64,000 nucleotides of DNA from Octopus bimaculoides (taxonomy: Eukaryota), in contig NC_068988.1 in NCBI RefSeq assembly GCF_001194135.2, positions 4,109,249 to 4,173,248 of the forward strand. Reading direction: 5' to 3'. The translations under genes and the position numbers were made by a program. This document shows, piece after piece, positions 40,117-53,873 of this stretch (its first letter is position 1; every line of letters begins with the position of its first letter). Under the pieces are notes generated by a model. That model saw nothing but the letters and a program-made list of their open reading frames with translations. It was not told the origin of the DNA and searched no databases.

Positions 40117-41584
40117 TGAGCTTCTTTCGGTTTCCATCTGCCAAATCCACTCACAAATCCTGGTCGCAGTCGTTTACAAACTGCTGACCCCGACATGATC
40201 ACGTGGTCATGCCTGACGTGATATCCAACATGCAGCCCTACGTTCACACGGACGTTTACTAAATGGTGACCCAGTACCAGCTTTATGACCAACCACTCTT
40301 TCACCTTTTCGCTACAGTTATTTCATCCTTTATCATCTATTTTGTCTTACACAAAATGACTGATGGGGAGCTCTGTACCGTACTTCTCTCTCTGTTATAT
40401 ATACATGGATGTGGACGTAGCGGATAACAGCTAGCCTTCGTCCGCATCTTTGGACCCTGTTGTGTCCACCGCTCTGATTGGTTGGTATTGGCACATTTTG
40501 TCTCCTGTTTGATTTGTCTCATGCCAGGGTGCAACCTAACCAATCGCAGCCTTCCCTCCTGATACTTGGAAACAGAATACAGCTAAGATCCATAAACTCA
40601 CTGCAAATGCTAGGACTTAGCAATTGGTTTCATAACTGCCTCCCTCTTCACACAAGTTCAGCTTTCATAATGCTAGCGAAAGGTAATATAGTGCTACTTA
40701 TATTCAAATTGTACTGTATAGTTAAAATCATGGATCTGACAAGTTTGAATGATATTAAACAGCATGCCACACAACATACTGACAAAATAGTTCAGTGATA
40801 TACTTTTACATGCATACTAATGTGTTAACATTAATTATTAAACTATATATTGAATTTTTTGCTAATTAGATTATGTGAAGCATTCCATTTTTGTGTTATA
40901 GAAGAACATGTGTGCATGGTGATTCAAAAGTCTCGTAAGCATTTTGATGTTGTTACCATTTAAATGATAAAAGACCCCTCTCACTCATGTGTGTGTGTGT
41001 GTGTGTATGCAATGTGAATCTAAATTTTTACTTAATTGGCATTTCGTATTTCTTGTGTTTTAACTGTTTTGTCTTGTATTTTGACAACTGTTTTGAAATT
41101 TGTATTATCAACATAATACAGAAACACCATCATTTTATCCTAGTTTGTTTTAATGACGCTTATCATTTCTGCCGTTTGGTGACCAGATGTGGCAACTGGC
41201 AACAAGGACAATCGTGTTAGTAACAATAATGAAATGTCTGATTTCAGAGAAATCTGTTGAGATGGTTTTTATTTCATTTAGGTCAGACAGTTCTTCAAGT
41301 AGAATTTATATTTCTTGCTTGCATTTTGATGGCACCTCTTGTTTGTTTATAGTTATAAAGCCTATCAAATGATTATTTCTTTGCTTTGTATTTAGGCTCT
41401 GTCTTTTATTAATGGCTGATCTTTACAATTTATCAAAAATAGGACATCAATATAGATAGATTCAATTCACTTGATTCATCACCTTCTCTTCCAATATTAG
41501 TTTTCCATATTCAAAAATTCTTGGTCCAAAGAGTGACAAATAAATATAAAGAGAATGATCTTGCTTACAATTTAAATACAGCTG

Positions 41585-41710
41585 GCATTGTATAGCCCCA
41601 GGTCAATCCTGATCAAAGATATCTAAGATAAAAGGGATTCCACCTATGACATCCCCTTTCTTTTCAGATATATCTCAGACTACACCATCCTTTATGTTGT
41701 TCCCTTTTTT
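41585..41710 (-). repeat. Family E interspersed repeat
   Basis: GCCCCAGGTCAATCCTGATCAAAG..ATTCCACCTATGACATCCC; homologous to 33470-33680. Confidence 0.55.
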
Positions 41711-41719
41711 AAAATTCTA

Positions 41720-41865
41720 CAAGCCGAGGTCGTCTTTGCCTTTCATTCTTTGGAAGTCAATAAATTAAGTACTAGTTGCGTACTGGGGTCGATCTAATCG
41801 ACTGGCCCTCTCCGCAAAAATTTCAGGCCTTGTGCCTAGAGTAGAAAAGATTATCATTATTATTA

Positions 41866-41918
<53 letters not shown>

Positions 41919-41922
41919 GTTA

Positions 41923-42005
<83 letters not shown>

Positions 42006-42014
42006 ATTATTATT
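41720..42014 (+). mobile_element. 5'-truncated family A SINE with long (ATT)n tail
   Basis: GCCGAGGTCG..TTTGCCTTTCATTC..TAAATTAAGTAC..GGCCTTGTGCCTAGAGTAGAAAAG, then ~165 bp of (ATT)n. Confidence 0.88.
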
Positions 42015-42260
42015 AAGGTGGTGAGCTGGCAGAATTATTAGCACCCTGGATGAAATGCTTAGCGGTATTCACCTGTCACTACGTTCTGAGTTCAAATTCA
42101 GCCAAGGTTGACTTTGCCTTTCATCCTTTCAGGGTCAATAAATTAAATACCAGTCAAGTACTGGGGTCGATGTGATTGTCTTTCCCCTCCCCCCAAAAAA
42201 TTTCAGGCCTTGTGCCTATAGTAGAAAGGATTATTATTGTTATTACTGTTGTTATTATTA
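42015..42260 (+). mobile_element. Full-length family A SINE
   Basis: AAGGTGGTGAGCTGGCAGAATTATTAG head, GAGTTCAAATTC B box, ATT tail. Confidence 0.88.
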
Positions 42261-43752
42261 TTTAAAATAATGATTTCCATTAAGTTCCCACAATCTATGT
42301 CTTTTCTAAAACTCCAGAATGTTGTAAACTTCAGAATTTCTAATGAACCTTAATTCTAAGAGAAATGTGATTCCTATTCTTCACCCACCCATTTGCGAAG
42401 CAGTTCTATAGCATGGCACTAACTAGGGCAGTATTTCATTCAAAGACAGAGTTTTCATGATATGAAATCTAATGATAGGAATTTTCAATACAGAAATTTT
42501 AATGTGTGTAATAACTGGTGTTTATTTTGCTCTTAATGTTACTACAGAGGCACAACCGAAATAAAAAACAAAAACAAAAAATATAACTTAGTCTTTCTAG
42601 CAATAACTGTTTAATAAACAGAAAAAATAATGAATTAGAATTCAGTGCTGACAATGTGCATCATGTTTGTCTTGCTGTCTGTGACCAGAAACATCATCTA
42701 TTGATACACAGCAATAAAATAAAAAATAAACAAACACCAGTGTTCTCTGGATATTTGTACAACATAAAGAAACTAAAATAAAATTAATTGGATGCTGAAG
42801 ACCCACTCCCATACATACACACACCAAAACAGAAAGAAAAATGTAACTGATTGATAATGAATGACAAAAGAAAAACAAAATGTTCTGAAATTATACAATG
42901 GAGGACAGAGAAGGGTAAAAAAAAAAAATAACACAAGCATTTCATGTTTGGCATGAAAAAAATCCAATTCCATAATATTCACAGCAAGGAAAGCATTTAT
43001 TGTTCCTAAAAGACATTACATACCAAGAACTGGATCTAGGATTTTTAATTTGGCAAAAGCGAAATATTGTATGAGAACTCACAGGTGGTTGTTTAAAGAA
43101 TTTAATTGTTCCATTTAAAAATTTATTGGAATTTTACAGTAAGAACAATTAAAGAGTGACTTGTAGAGATTTTTTCCAGATTGTTGAAAAGTTAATCATT
43201 CTGTAAAGAGGAGAGTTTGTTGTGAAATAGATGTGTATTTGTTTAGTAAACCAAAAATGATATTAAGATGGATCGCAATTGATTTTTGAAAAATATTGTT
43301 GCAGTAAGGGCTGTTAAGAATTGAATCCTAGGAATTGGAGCTTCCTAAATTTTCTAGTAATTATAAGGAGATTCAATTTACAAGAAATCAACTAGATTCT
43401 TTTCTTCTAAAAATTGTCATAAAAAACGTTATTTTTAATTGAACTGATTCTATAGAATTCAATATTGTGAGTCAATAGCAAAGAATGAAATTCCATTGCA
43501 TTCATTTAAAATATTTATTGTCACCCCAGAGAAATAATTCTCCAGATTGCAATGGAATTGCCATTAGGATTTCATATTTTCCTGAAATTTACAATTCTGG
43601 CTTGATCGTTTTATCTTTTATATTGAACAATATACTGAAGATTTAGGCTAGAATAAGAATAAATTGATTTTACAAAAATAAATTATAATCATAGAATTTT
43701 CAGAATGCAGAAATAGTTTTTAAAGGGATGTTTTAATTCAATAGAATATGGG

Positions 43753-43852
<100 letters not shown>

Positions 43853-44664
43853 ATATATCATTATTTAACCTCTGTGTTCCATGCTGGCATGAGTTGTACT
43901 GTGTGACAAGGATTCAATGAATCCAAGGACTGTACTGTACTCCAAGGTCTGCTATGGCACACATTCTACACTACGTGCACTTCATAATGCTATTACTATG
44001 ATACTTCTTGTCTTGTTACATGTGTGATACTTTTAAGATTCAATATTTCTGGTCATGTCTGGAAAAGATGTCCAACTGTCAGCCAAACATCAGTTTTTAC
44101 AAATTGTCACTATTAACTGCATTATACCCACCCCCTTGCAGTACTTGCTTAGATTGTGCAGTTGTAAAACTGTATTAGTGATGAAATATAAGTACCTGCA
44201 TGCATGTGTTGGTACGTGTGTGCATGTGTGTGTGTCTATGCATGTACATGTGTGTGTGTTTATTTTGTTTGGAAACAGCTGATGATCCACTCTGTAGCCA
44301 CTCAGAGGTTTCTGTCATATGCACTCTTTCCGTAAGTATCAAACTCAACATATAATCCTGGTGAAAATTTAGTTAAATTGATTCTCATTGGATAGGAGCA
44401 GTCAGGTGGCCAGCTGTTCTTGGTACCCAATCAAGTCATTTTTTTGTGTATTTCTTTTTAAGTGAAAGCTAAGTCTGAATTTCTAACAGCCTGATTTTAT
44501 TTTCTTATACATAGTTAAGCATAGTTCAGATGGCCAAACTGCCACTATGAGTTTGGATTGAAGTGTTTTTCTGTAGGAGACCTTGTCCATTCCGGTGACA
44601 AAATTTTGAAACTGACAGAAATAATTCCTACATAGATTGTGCCATAAATCCTAATCACTTCTAA

Positions 44665-45105
44665 ATCATGATTTGGCTGTGTGGGAAGAACTTTGCTTCT
44701 AAACCACATGGTTCTGGGTTCAGTCCCATTGTGTGGCACCTTGGCAAATGTCTTCTACTACAGCCTCAGGCTGACCAAAGCCTTCTGAATGGATTTGGTA
44801 GGTAGTAAGGTAGTAACTGAGAGAAGCCCTTCGTATATATAAGTGTGTGTGTGTGTGTGTGTGTGTGTGTCTTTGTATCTGTGTTTATCCTCTACCACCA
44901 CTTGACAACCAGTTTTGGTGTGTTTACATCCCTGCAACTAAGCAGTTTGACAGAATAGACCAATAGAATAAGTACCAGGCTTAAAAAAGGAAATAAAGAA
45001 AAATAAGGACTGGTGTTGGTTCATTTGACCAAAATTCTTCAAAGGGGTTACTCCAGCATGGCTGCAATCCAGTGACTGAAACAAGTAAATGATAGAAGAT
45101 AAAAC
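44665..45105 (+). mobile_element. tRNA-derived SINE, family D head + (TG)n + alternative 3' module
   Basis: TGGCTGTGTGG A box, GGGTTCAGTCCC B-box-like motif, GGCAAATGTCTTCTACTA, internal (TG)n, AGAATAAGTACCAGG, end CCAGCATGGCTGCAATCCAGTGACTGAAACAAGTAAA. Confidence 0.8.
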
Positions 45106-47594
45106 AGAATAGACAACTGCATCAGTTCATGTCAGACTAAAGATGATTCTTGTCCTTGTTTCATATTTCATCCATGATGGGAAGAACCCTGTAGGGAAAA
45201 TACAGATTGTGATGCTTATTTTAAGAGATTCTGTAAGTTTGAGTAATAGCAGTGAGATCACTTCTCTAGAAATTCTACCAGTTCTATTGCTATCATGAGA
45301 AGATATGACTTGTTTATGAAAGACTCCTGCAGAACATCAGTTAATGCTCAGCAGTCTGTTTCTAACAAGACTTCTATGGAGATACACTATTTATTCAAGG
45401 AAGCCATAGGAAGGACTGAGAATGGTGAAAAGCAAAAAGAATTAAATGAATTTTACATTTCTTCAGATTTAATTTTCTTTATTGTATTTCACTTAGGAAA
45501 CAGATTTCTAGTTGCAAGTGAAAAGAAGTCTCAATAGCTAATTTTGACCATTTTGTAATAATAGATGCTATGTAATCATCAGTCTTCAGAATTTCAGCTG
45601 CTGCTTATGAACTCATAATGTGAAACCATAGTTCTTTACAGCAGAAAATTCAAATGGCCTATGTATTAATGAAGAAACTTATTTCCTTTGTTTTATTTTC
45701 CTTTTTTGAAAAATATAAAATAATATAATTTTAATTAAACATGAAATTCCCAAGAGTATGTAGATAAATTTTTTTTAAATAATAAAATAATCAAAATAAA
45801 AACAAGATATCTTATCAAGTTTTAAAATTATGTAATTATCTTTTATATAATGAATTGATGAACTAAAAGATATGGAATGCATTTTTACAAATATAAAGAA
45901 CAAATATACAATTTAAGTTAAAGAATTACAAAAACTGAAGGAAAAGAACTATTTTAAAATGAAACTAGGTATTGCATTAAAAAGAGAAATACTAAATTAC
46001 TTGTGACTGTTGTTATGATTGATGTTGTTGTTGATGGTGGTGGTGTTAGTTGCATTATATTTTTTCTCTTACAATGAGGTCCATTAGGTATTCATTTAAT
46101 GAATTATAATGCTTCAAGATATTTCAAAATGTTCATACCATCCTTTAGTGATGCTCTGATGCTTTTTAATATTAAAAAATATATACATGAAAACCTGAAT
46201 ATTAGAAAAAAATAAATTACATCAATTATCACGAAAAAAAAAATGTTTAAAAAATAAAAATGAATGTGAAAAAATATTAGATACACTCCATTCTCATTAG
46301 ACATAAGTGCAAAATGGTCTTTGAGCATTGAAAATAATGGAGAGGTGAGAACATGTTTACTTATCTAAATCTCTGTTGGGATGACAGAAGATAAAGGGAA
46401 TAAAAACAAACAAAAGAAAGAAGAAACAAGATGATAGTCGCAGTTTTGCAAAATAATAATTATGTCCTTATAGGTTAGTAATTTTGAAACAATTGAAAGA
46501 AAAGATAAGGAAAACATGTTCATAAAAGACAAAAGAAATCCTATTTAAAGATACAAAATTATATAAAATCAAATTAAACCAATTAAAATAAAATAAATTT
46601 TCTTTTTTTGGTACGCTATGGAATTATCTACATGCTGAAACTAAAATTTATCGTTACTCATTAATTTTTTTGTTTTTTTGTTCATGTATATACCTGTATA
46701 GTACATACATCGATTATATATATATATAATGTGATTGTGCTTGTGTGTCTGTGTATGTGTGTATACACACACACACATAGGCATGTGCACATGCATATCT
46801 GAATGTATGTCTGTTTACTTTACAATGAAATAGATGCACAGCAGTTTTGACAATGTGTCTCATCAGTAATATGGACTTTCTTTCATTAGAACTGTAATAT
46901 TTTTCATGAACTGGTTTACAAATACATTAAAAAATACCTGTGGGTTTACGTATTTTTATGCACAATCTGCACACACACACACACAAATTTATTTCCCAAA
47001 TGTACAATGTCTTCCTAAATATGTTTCCACATGTAATAGTGTACAATATTGTGGATTCTTACATGTTTATTTTGGCAAGAACTGTGAAGTGTATGATTTA
47101 CTGAGGATATCCCATGAAACTGAAACATGTCTACAGTTGTTTCCCATATTTACTGCAAAATGATTAGAATAAAATTGATTATTGTCTTTTCTTCACCATG
47201 ATAGTATTCCTAATTAAATACTTATGGTCTTCAACCTCACCAGTTTAATAAAATTCACATTATTAGATGATGACCACAATGCTCAGAAATCATTTTCCTA
47301 AGACAAATTACAACAATGTGTTTAGTTTTGTTTCAAACTGAATTCTAACTAACAGCATCACCTCATAGATATCAGTAACAAATATTTCTTGGGAATATTA
47401 AATGTTTTGGTAAGGAAAGTGACTGTAGGAAGAAGAGTGAGCGATGCAAAACACCTATCAAACAGTCCAACCCATGCCAGCCCATGGACATAAACATTAA
47501 GTGATGATGGGAGTAATTGTAAGTTTGGGTGGCAAACGATTCCATCTTTGCACCATCAATGTCTATGAAGATTAGGTGCAAGGTTTGGAATTGA

Positions 47595-47824
47595 TTAACC
47601 CTTTTAATACCACCCTGGCTGAACCCGCCCCTGGCTCTGTAGTACAAATGTCTTGTATTCAACAGTTCTGAGTTAAAATCTTCCACCAAATCTTAGTCAC
47701 AATTTATGTTCCCAACACTAGCTTAATGATAGCTTAGTTATTTTACTAAATTCTTTATTATATTTTAAATTAATTGAAAGAAACACAGAGCATCTCAACA
47801 GAAATATGATAACAAAAGGGTTAA
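47595..47824. mobile_element. Complete piggyBac-type MITE (family G) with TTAA target sites
   Basis: TTAA|CCCTTTTAATACCA ... TGATAACAAAAGGG|TTAA: TTAA at 47595-47598 and 47821-47824, with a 7-bp perfect (14-bp imperfect) TIR. TTAA plus CCC..GGG ends are established piggyBac hallmarks. Confidence 0.85.
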
Positions 47825-47929
47825 ATATATTAAAGTTCCCTAATAAGATGACTTCAGAGAGAAGAAAAGTGAAACAGATGTCTTCAATATATGAAGTGTG
47901 GTAGCTAAATACTTAGTGATGATTGGAGA

Positions 47930-48182
47930 TGGAGTAAAGATTGTTTGCCAACATAACTTGGCAGTCTTGGTTTAGGACTAATGTTACTATAATTTATCCC
48001 CAGGAGACATCGTCTCCAGCTGGTTATATGACACGATCTGTGTCCTTACATTTTCGAATAATATAAGGACACAGATAGTGTCATATAACCAGCTGGAGAC
48101 AATGTCTCCTGGGGCTAAATGACAGCAACATTCATCCTAAACCAGGACTGCCATGTTATGTTGGCAAACAATCTTTACTCCA
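47930..48182. repeat. Near-perfect fold-back hairpin, 123-bp arms, 7-nt loop
   Basis: 47930-48052 is the reverse complement of 48060-48182 with no indels and 11 hand-counted mismatches. Confidence 0.95.
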
Positions 48183-51100
48183 AAGTACTGTTGCTGAATA
48201 TCTCTCGTTGTGAGATTTATAAATAGTAATTTTCTAATGATTGGAGATGTTTGAAGGATGTTAGGGTAACCAAAGTAGAAAAGGTTTGAGTAACTGAAAG
48301 TCATTGTTGTTGAAATACCAGCGATGTCAGTAGAGAGAATAGAACATTCGTGCAAGCATGACCTTTCAGGTAAAAATTAATTGTACAGTTTGTCATTTGA
48401 ACAATAGAGATTAATTACTGACAGAATACAAGAGTTGTGTCTTAGTAAGAAACGGTGGGTGTGAATTTTGTGTGGAATGTGATGGTAAGTGGTGTCCAGT
48501 TTGGATCAAAATCTATAGATGTTTTTGAAGAGAAATGAATTCAGAAGATTTAACAGAAATGAGGAAGGAGAAAAAAATGATCATGACTCATTAGTTTTCA
48601 TTAATCACTACTGCAACTGTTGCACATAACTAGAAGTCAGTAAGTTCAAGTGGGCCTCTTGTAAACTTGTAGTAGCTGAGAACTTAGGAAAAAGAGGGTA
48701 TTAGACTTTTTGCTAGCTAAGAGGGCAACTTCTCAAGGTAATGTTTGTAGGAAAGAACACTAAAGCCACAAGATAGTGCTTCTACCAGGAAATGTTTACC
48801 ATTTGTTTTCTCAAAGAAATCAAAGAGAAAGCAAAGTGAGAAATGAAACATGTAAAGACTATATTATTCTCAGACTGGAAGAGTGTGATACAATAAACTC
48901 CCTAAAGGCACTCAAGCTTTGGAAGTTGCTGCCAAAGTAAGCAATAAATTGGGCTTGTGGTGTTTTATCATGGCACCAACACATATGCCGGTCCTCGGTC
49001 TTGTATTAGTTAATAGCATTTTAGATTTACCAAGGTTCACAGTTTGACTGCTTTCTGCATCTCTATAGAAGTCATGTCCATCCTAAGAGCAGTCATTGAG
49101 AGATGATTACATGTTTAGAAATTTAGAAGAAATATAAGAGTTTTGTTAGAGAGATAAATCATGAGGCAGGGAATAAACAAAATCAAAAGTAAACAAAAAA
49201 AAGTATAAATGAACAAAGTAAATGGATTTGAATGAAGGATACAAGAGAGTTGTAAACTTGTGTTGGATGGAAACAGCAGTAGTGATGGTGGTACATTATA
49301 TGTTATAATAAGGGTACATGTATATGTACTCCAATTATAAAGTAAACCAAGAGAATCCAAGGAAACTGGTAATATTCTTCATTGGCAAAGAGTATATACA
49401 TAAGTTCATTAGGTGGAATATGTAATTCGGTGATGAGGAGGAAGTGATATCAGTTTCAAGCTAAACCATTCCTCAAAAGGAAGATGAAGTGTTCTACTTG
49501 AAATCATAGACTCTACCCCGACCCACCTCACCATCCTACCATGTTTAAATAATTTATTCTACTTTGTGAACTTTCTGTAGATATTATGTTTACTCAGATC
49601 TCCTCCTGTCATTTTCTGTATCATATTTCCTTAATGATTTCAGTCAGTTTTGCTCATTACCGCAACAGCATCAATCTCTCAATGTTTGTGTAATATCAGT
49701 GTGGATCTGTTACTATGTTTGCCTTCATTATAACATCATATCCAGATAATTCATTACATTATTAATACCATGTGAAATGCAATGAAAAATCGTTGCCTTG
49801 AACCTTATTATATTTCATCAGTATTAGCTCAAGTTAATGCAGGAATTAAAATATCTGAGGATTGTAACCAAATCACATTCAACAATGAAAATTGATGGGA
49901 AAGAAGCTGAGTAGTTCATTTATTTATTTTTTAAAGAGAAACAGAATATTTGAATTGAGCTGTTATAGTGTTTCTAGCTTTCAGCTTCTCTTGGCTATTT
50001 ACAACACATGTAAGGGTAGAAATTTGTGCAGGTTTCTTCAGAATTATCGTACAGTTATTCTGAAGGAGAATTTTAGTGTGAGCTTTAAATACATGCATTT
50101 GCTTAGAATGATTAGAAAAGAGACTGTGAAAAGAAAGCTTTTTGGGAAAGCTATAACAATACAATTGCCACCAACATAAAATCATCTGCAAACACAGCTG
50201 ATAGTGGAAGTGTATTAAATGGGAAAGATTTGCTATGAAATAATATAAATGCATTTTTTTTTCTAAACAGTTTTTGCAGCCAGCTGCCTAGCTTCTGTTT
50301 TGAATAAGTGATTCTCTACTTCCTTTGCAAATGTAAAATAACCAATGTAAAAATATTCAATGCAAAATAATCGAAAAAATTTTTTTAAATCCCCAAAATT
50401 ATCAATAAACTTTGAATAAAAATAATAAATAAAGGAAGAAAATTGGTATTAAAAAACATAAACTTGCACAAAATCAAGGAATTTCTGGCATTTCTAAGAG
50501 AGTGCCAATGTACAATAGAGAACATTTAACCTGACTAATAAAGTGAACACGAGGACAACAAATCGTAGTCTTCACAAAACAAAAAAAACAATAAAGAAAG
50601 ATGGAAAATGATGTGAAGTTATAGAAGGTACATTATTTCTTGTATGGTTAAAAGTCTTGCTTAAGGACATAATGAAATATAATCCTGCATCCGATTGTTG
50701 ATGGAAAGATAAGTGCAAGCCAAGTTGATATCATACTTTTCATTCCTGCATGAAACCAATTAAACTGGGCTCCAGGACATGAAACTTCAAGGAATGCATG
50801 AACATCACAAAATCACATTGTCTTCCATTTTGAAATCAGTGGTCCTGGTCATAAGTTTGTTTTAGAAAGAAATTAGGTGTTTTCAGAATCATAAGTAAAG
50901 ATTCAGTTCGAATGAGTTCCTGTTATAAGTAACAGTAACATCCAGCAATATTGGACAGCAGAATATATGATATTTAGATAAAGAATTTAACGTAACCAGA
51001 ACTAGCTAACTTCATATTCATTCCACATAAGCTCTCTGTTTCCACATAGGCTCTCTGTTTCCACATATCTCTGTTCATCTAATCACCTGTATTACACATC

Positions 51101-52421
51101 ACCTTTCAGTATCTCAAGATCTGAACATATAACCAATTCCTTTATCTTTCGTTGTTACCCTCCAGCTACAAAATACCACATTTCTCACTCAGCACTTATA
51201 TCTCATTTGCATATGATATTGTGCATGCACATGTACTTGCGTTAACACCTGGGTGTGTGCATGTGTGTATCAATAACCACACATATATGCATGAAAGTTT
51301 CCTAATGGAAATAGCTCCATGAATGGATAAATGTTAACCAAAAAGTCATTCAGTAAGTATAAGGTCTTTATTGAAATTTATTCCCAATTCTCTTATTGGG
51401 AATATTCTACAAACTGCAACCAAACAGATTAGTAAAATTGTGCATCCACTGAAAAATAGAAGTGCGCATCAGCTGCAAAATGTGATTGTAGATAAATTGT
51501 AAAATGAAATTGTATCAGCATCTAAACTGAGGATTGTGATTTGTTTCTGAATGTTGCAAATGAGAAAAGTAATTGGAAAAGTTATATCAGAATGTGATGG
51601 AGGGAAAAACCAATGGAGATTTTCTTTGTTGTCAATATGATGAATATGATGATGATAACAGTAAATCCGCAACAAATATCAGGATTTAGTTTTAAATTCT
51701 AATCTCTGTCGTTTTAGTAGATTGTTCTGAAACAAGATATGGAATTGTTATCACATATTCACCGGTAGCTTTTACAAGATATTACTGTTTGGATTAGAAG
51801 CTGGTGGAATGGAGAGAAATGACAGAAGACGAAATGCCATTCGGTATTTTGTTTCATCTCTTTACACTCAAATTCCATCAATGTTTGTTTTGTCTTTTAC
51901 TTCCAATATCTCTAAAATACACTTCACTCACATATCAACTTTGACTTCTCTTTCTAGCATTAACACATCGCTGCAAGTCCCTGATCAAACATATCTATGA
52001 GTAAAAACGTTCTAAATGAGACCCTCCTGTCTTTTTTCCCAGATACAGTGCACCCAAGACTACATTATCCCAATTATTTTATTCTTTTACTATTTTTAGT
52101 CATTGTACCATGGTCCTGCTGGGGCATCTTTAACAGTTTTAGGAGACCATATTACTGCCTGGTACTTATTTTAAAAATCTCTGTCAAACTTCTAAGTTAC
52201 TAGACAAAAGACTTATAGGCAACAATGCGCACAAAAAGACAGACGTATGTGTGTGTATATATATATATATNNNNNNNNNNNNNNNNNNNNNNNNNNNNNN
52301 NNNNNNNNNNNNNNNNNNNNNNNNNNNNNNNNNNNNNNNNNNNNNNNNNNNNNNNNNNNNNNNNNNNNNNNNNNNNNNTATATATATACACATATATCTA
52401 TCTATCTATCTATTATATCTC

Positions 52422-53760
52422 ATTAGGGAGAGAATTTGCTTAGATGAGATGCAGTTTGGTTTTGTGCCAGGTAGAAACACTACTGATGCTATATTCCTGG
52501 TTCAACAACTGCAAAAATACCTAGTTAAAGATAAACCCCTATACTTAGCTATTGTGGACTTGGAGAAAGCCTTTGACAGGGTCTCCCAATCCCTTATCTA
52601 GTGGGTGATACAGAAACTGGGGATAGACAAATGGTTAATAAGGGCTGTACGGGCCCTATACAGAGAGGCTGTTAGTAAGGTTAGGATCGGCAATGAGTAT
52701 TGTGAAGAATTTCGGGTAGAAGTAGGGGTCCACGAAGGATCAGCCATCAGTCCTCTTTTATTCATCATAGCCCTCCAGACAATAACAGAGGAATTCAAGA
52801 CGGGTTGCCCCTGGGAGCTCCTCTATGCTGATAACTTTGCTCTAATTCCTGAGTCACTATCAGAACTAGAGAAGAAATTTCAGGTGTAGAAGCAAGGTTT
52901 AGAATCTACCCCAGCTGGTGACAAAGGGTCTCTCGCTCAGAGTAAAAGGTAGATTGTACGGTGCATGTGTGCGAACTGCCATGCATCACGGCAGTGAAAC
53001 ATGGGCCATTATGCATAGACTCGAAAGAAATGAAGCTGGCATGATCTGCTGGATGTGTAATATCAGTGTGCACACACGACAGAATGTAAGCACCCTGAGA
53101 AATGTTGGACATAAGAAGCATCGGATGTGGCATGCAAGAGAGATGTTTACGCTGGTATAGTCATGTACTACGGATGGATGAGGAGAGCTGCATGAAGAAA
53201 TGCCACTCCCAAACAGTTGAAGGAATCTGGGGTAGAGGTAGACACAGGAAGACATGGAATGAGGTGGTGAAGCATGACCTTCGAACGTTGGGCCTCACAG
53301 AGGCAATGACAAAAGACCAAGACCTCTGGAGATATGCTGTGACTGTGAAGACCCAACAAAAAAAGTAAGTTCATGGCTGTATCCTACACCAGTTTCGCAT
53401 AACCAGCCCCAGCCCATTCAAAAGTACCTTGGATCATAGGGTGACCTGCTGTGCTTGAGGAGACCTATTGAGTCAAGTACATCAACATCAAAATGAAAAG
53501 GAAATTGTAGTTGCGATACCTGTGCTGGTGGCACGTAAAAGGCACCATCCAAACATGGCCAATGCCAGCACCACTATAACTGGCTTCCGTGCAGGTGGCA
53601 CATAAAAAGCACCAGCCAGTCATGGCCGTTGCCAGTCTCCTCTGGCCCTTGTGCCAGTGGCACGTAAAAAGCACCCACTACACTCATGGAGTGGTTGGCA
53701 TTAGGAAGGGTATCCAGCTGTAGAAACAATGTCACATCAGACTGGAGCCTGGTGCAGCCA
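52422..53760 (+). mobile_element. RTE-clade LINE, 5'-truncated, internally deleted; RT core, C-terminus and 3' UTR
   Basis: LDEMQFGFVPGRNTTDAIF..AIVDLEKAFDRV..GVHEGSAISPLLF..ELLYADNFAL (RT motifs 2-5), then KGRLYGACVRTAMHHGSETWA..RLRW-like..GRGRHRKTWNEVVKHDL; stop at 53368; UTR carries ~65-bp units and the family B tail. Confidence 0.95.
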
Positions 53761-53837
53761 CCTGGGTATCTTATGCATTGTACTGGCATGTGTGCTTTTA
53801 TGTGGCACTGATATGAATACACACACACACAAACACA

Positions 53838-53873
<36 letters not shown>

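Noticed and set aside
48300-49450. Possible very old LINE remnant (also 43000-43700 and 51800-52200)
   Set aside because: Composition is suggestive, but no conserved motif could be read with confidence.
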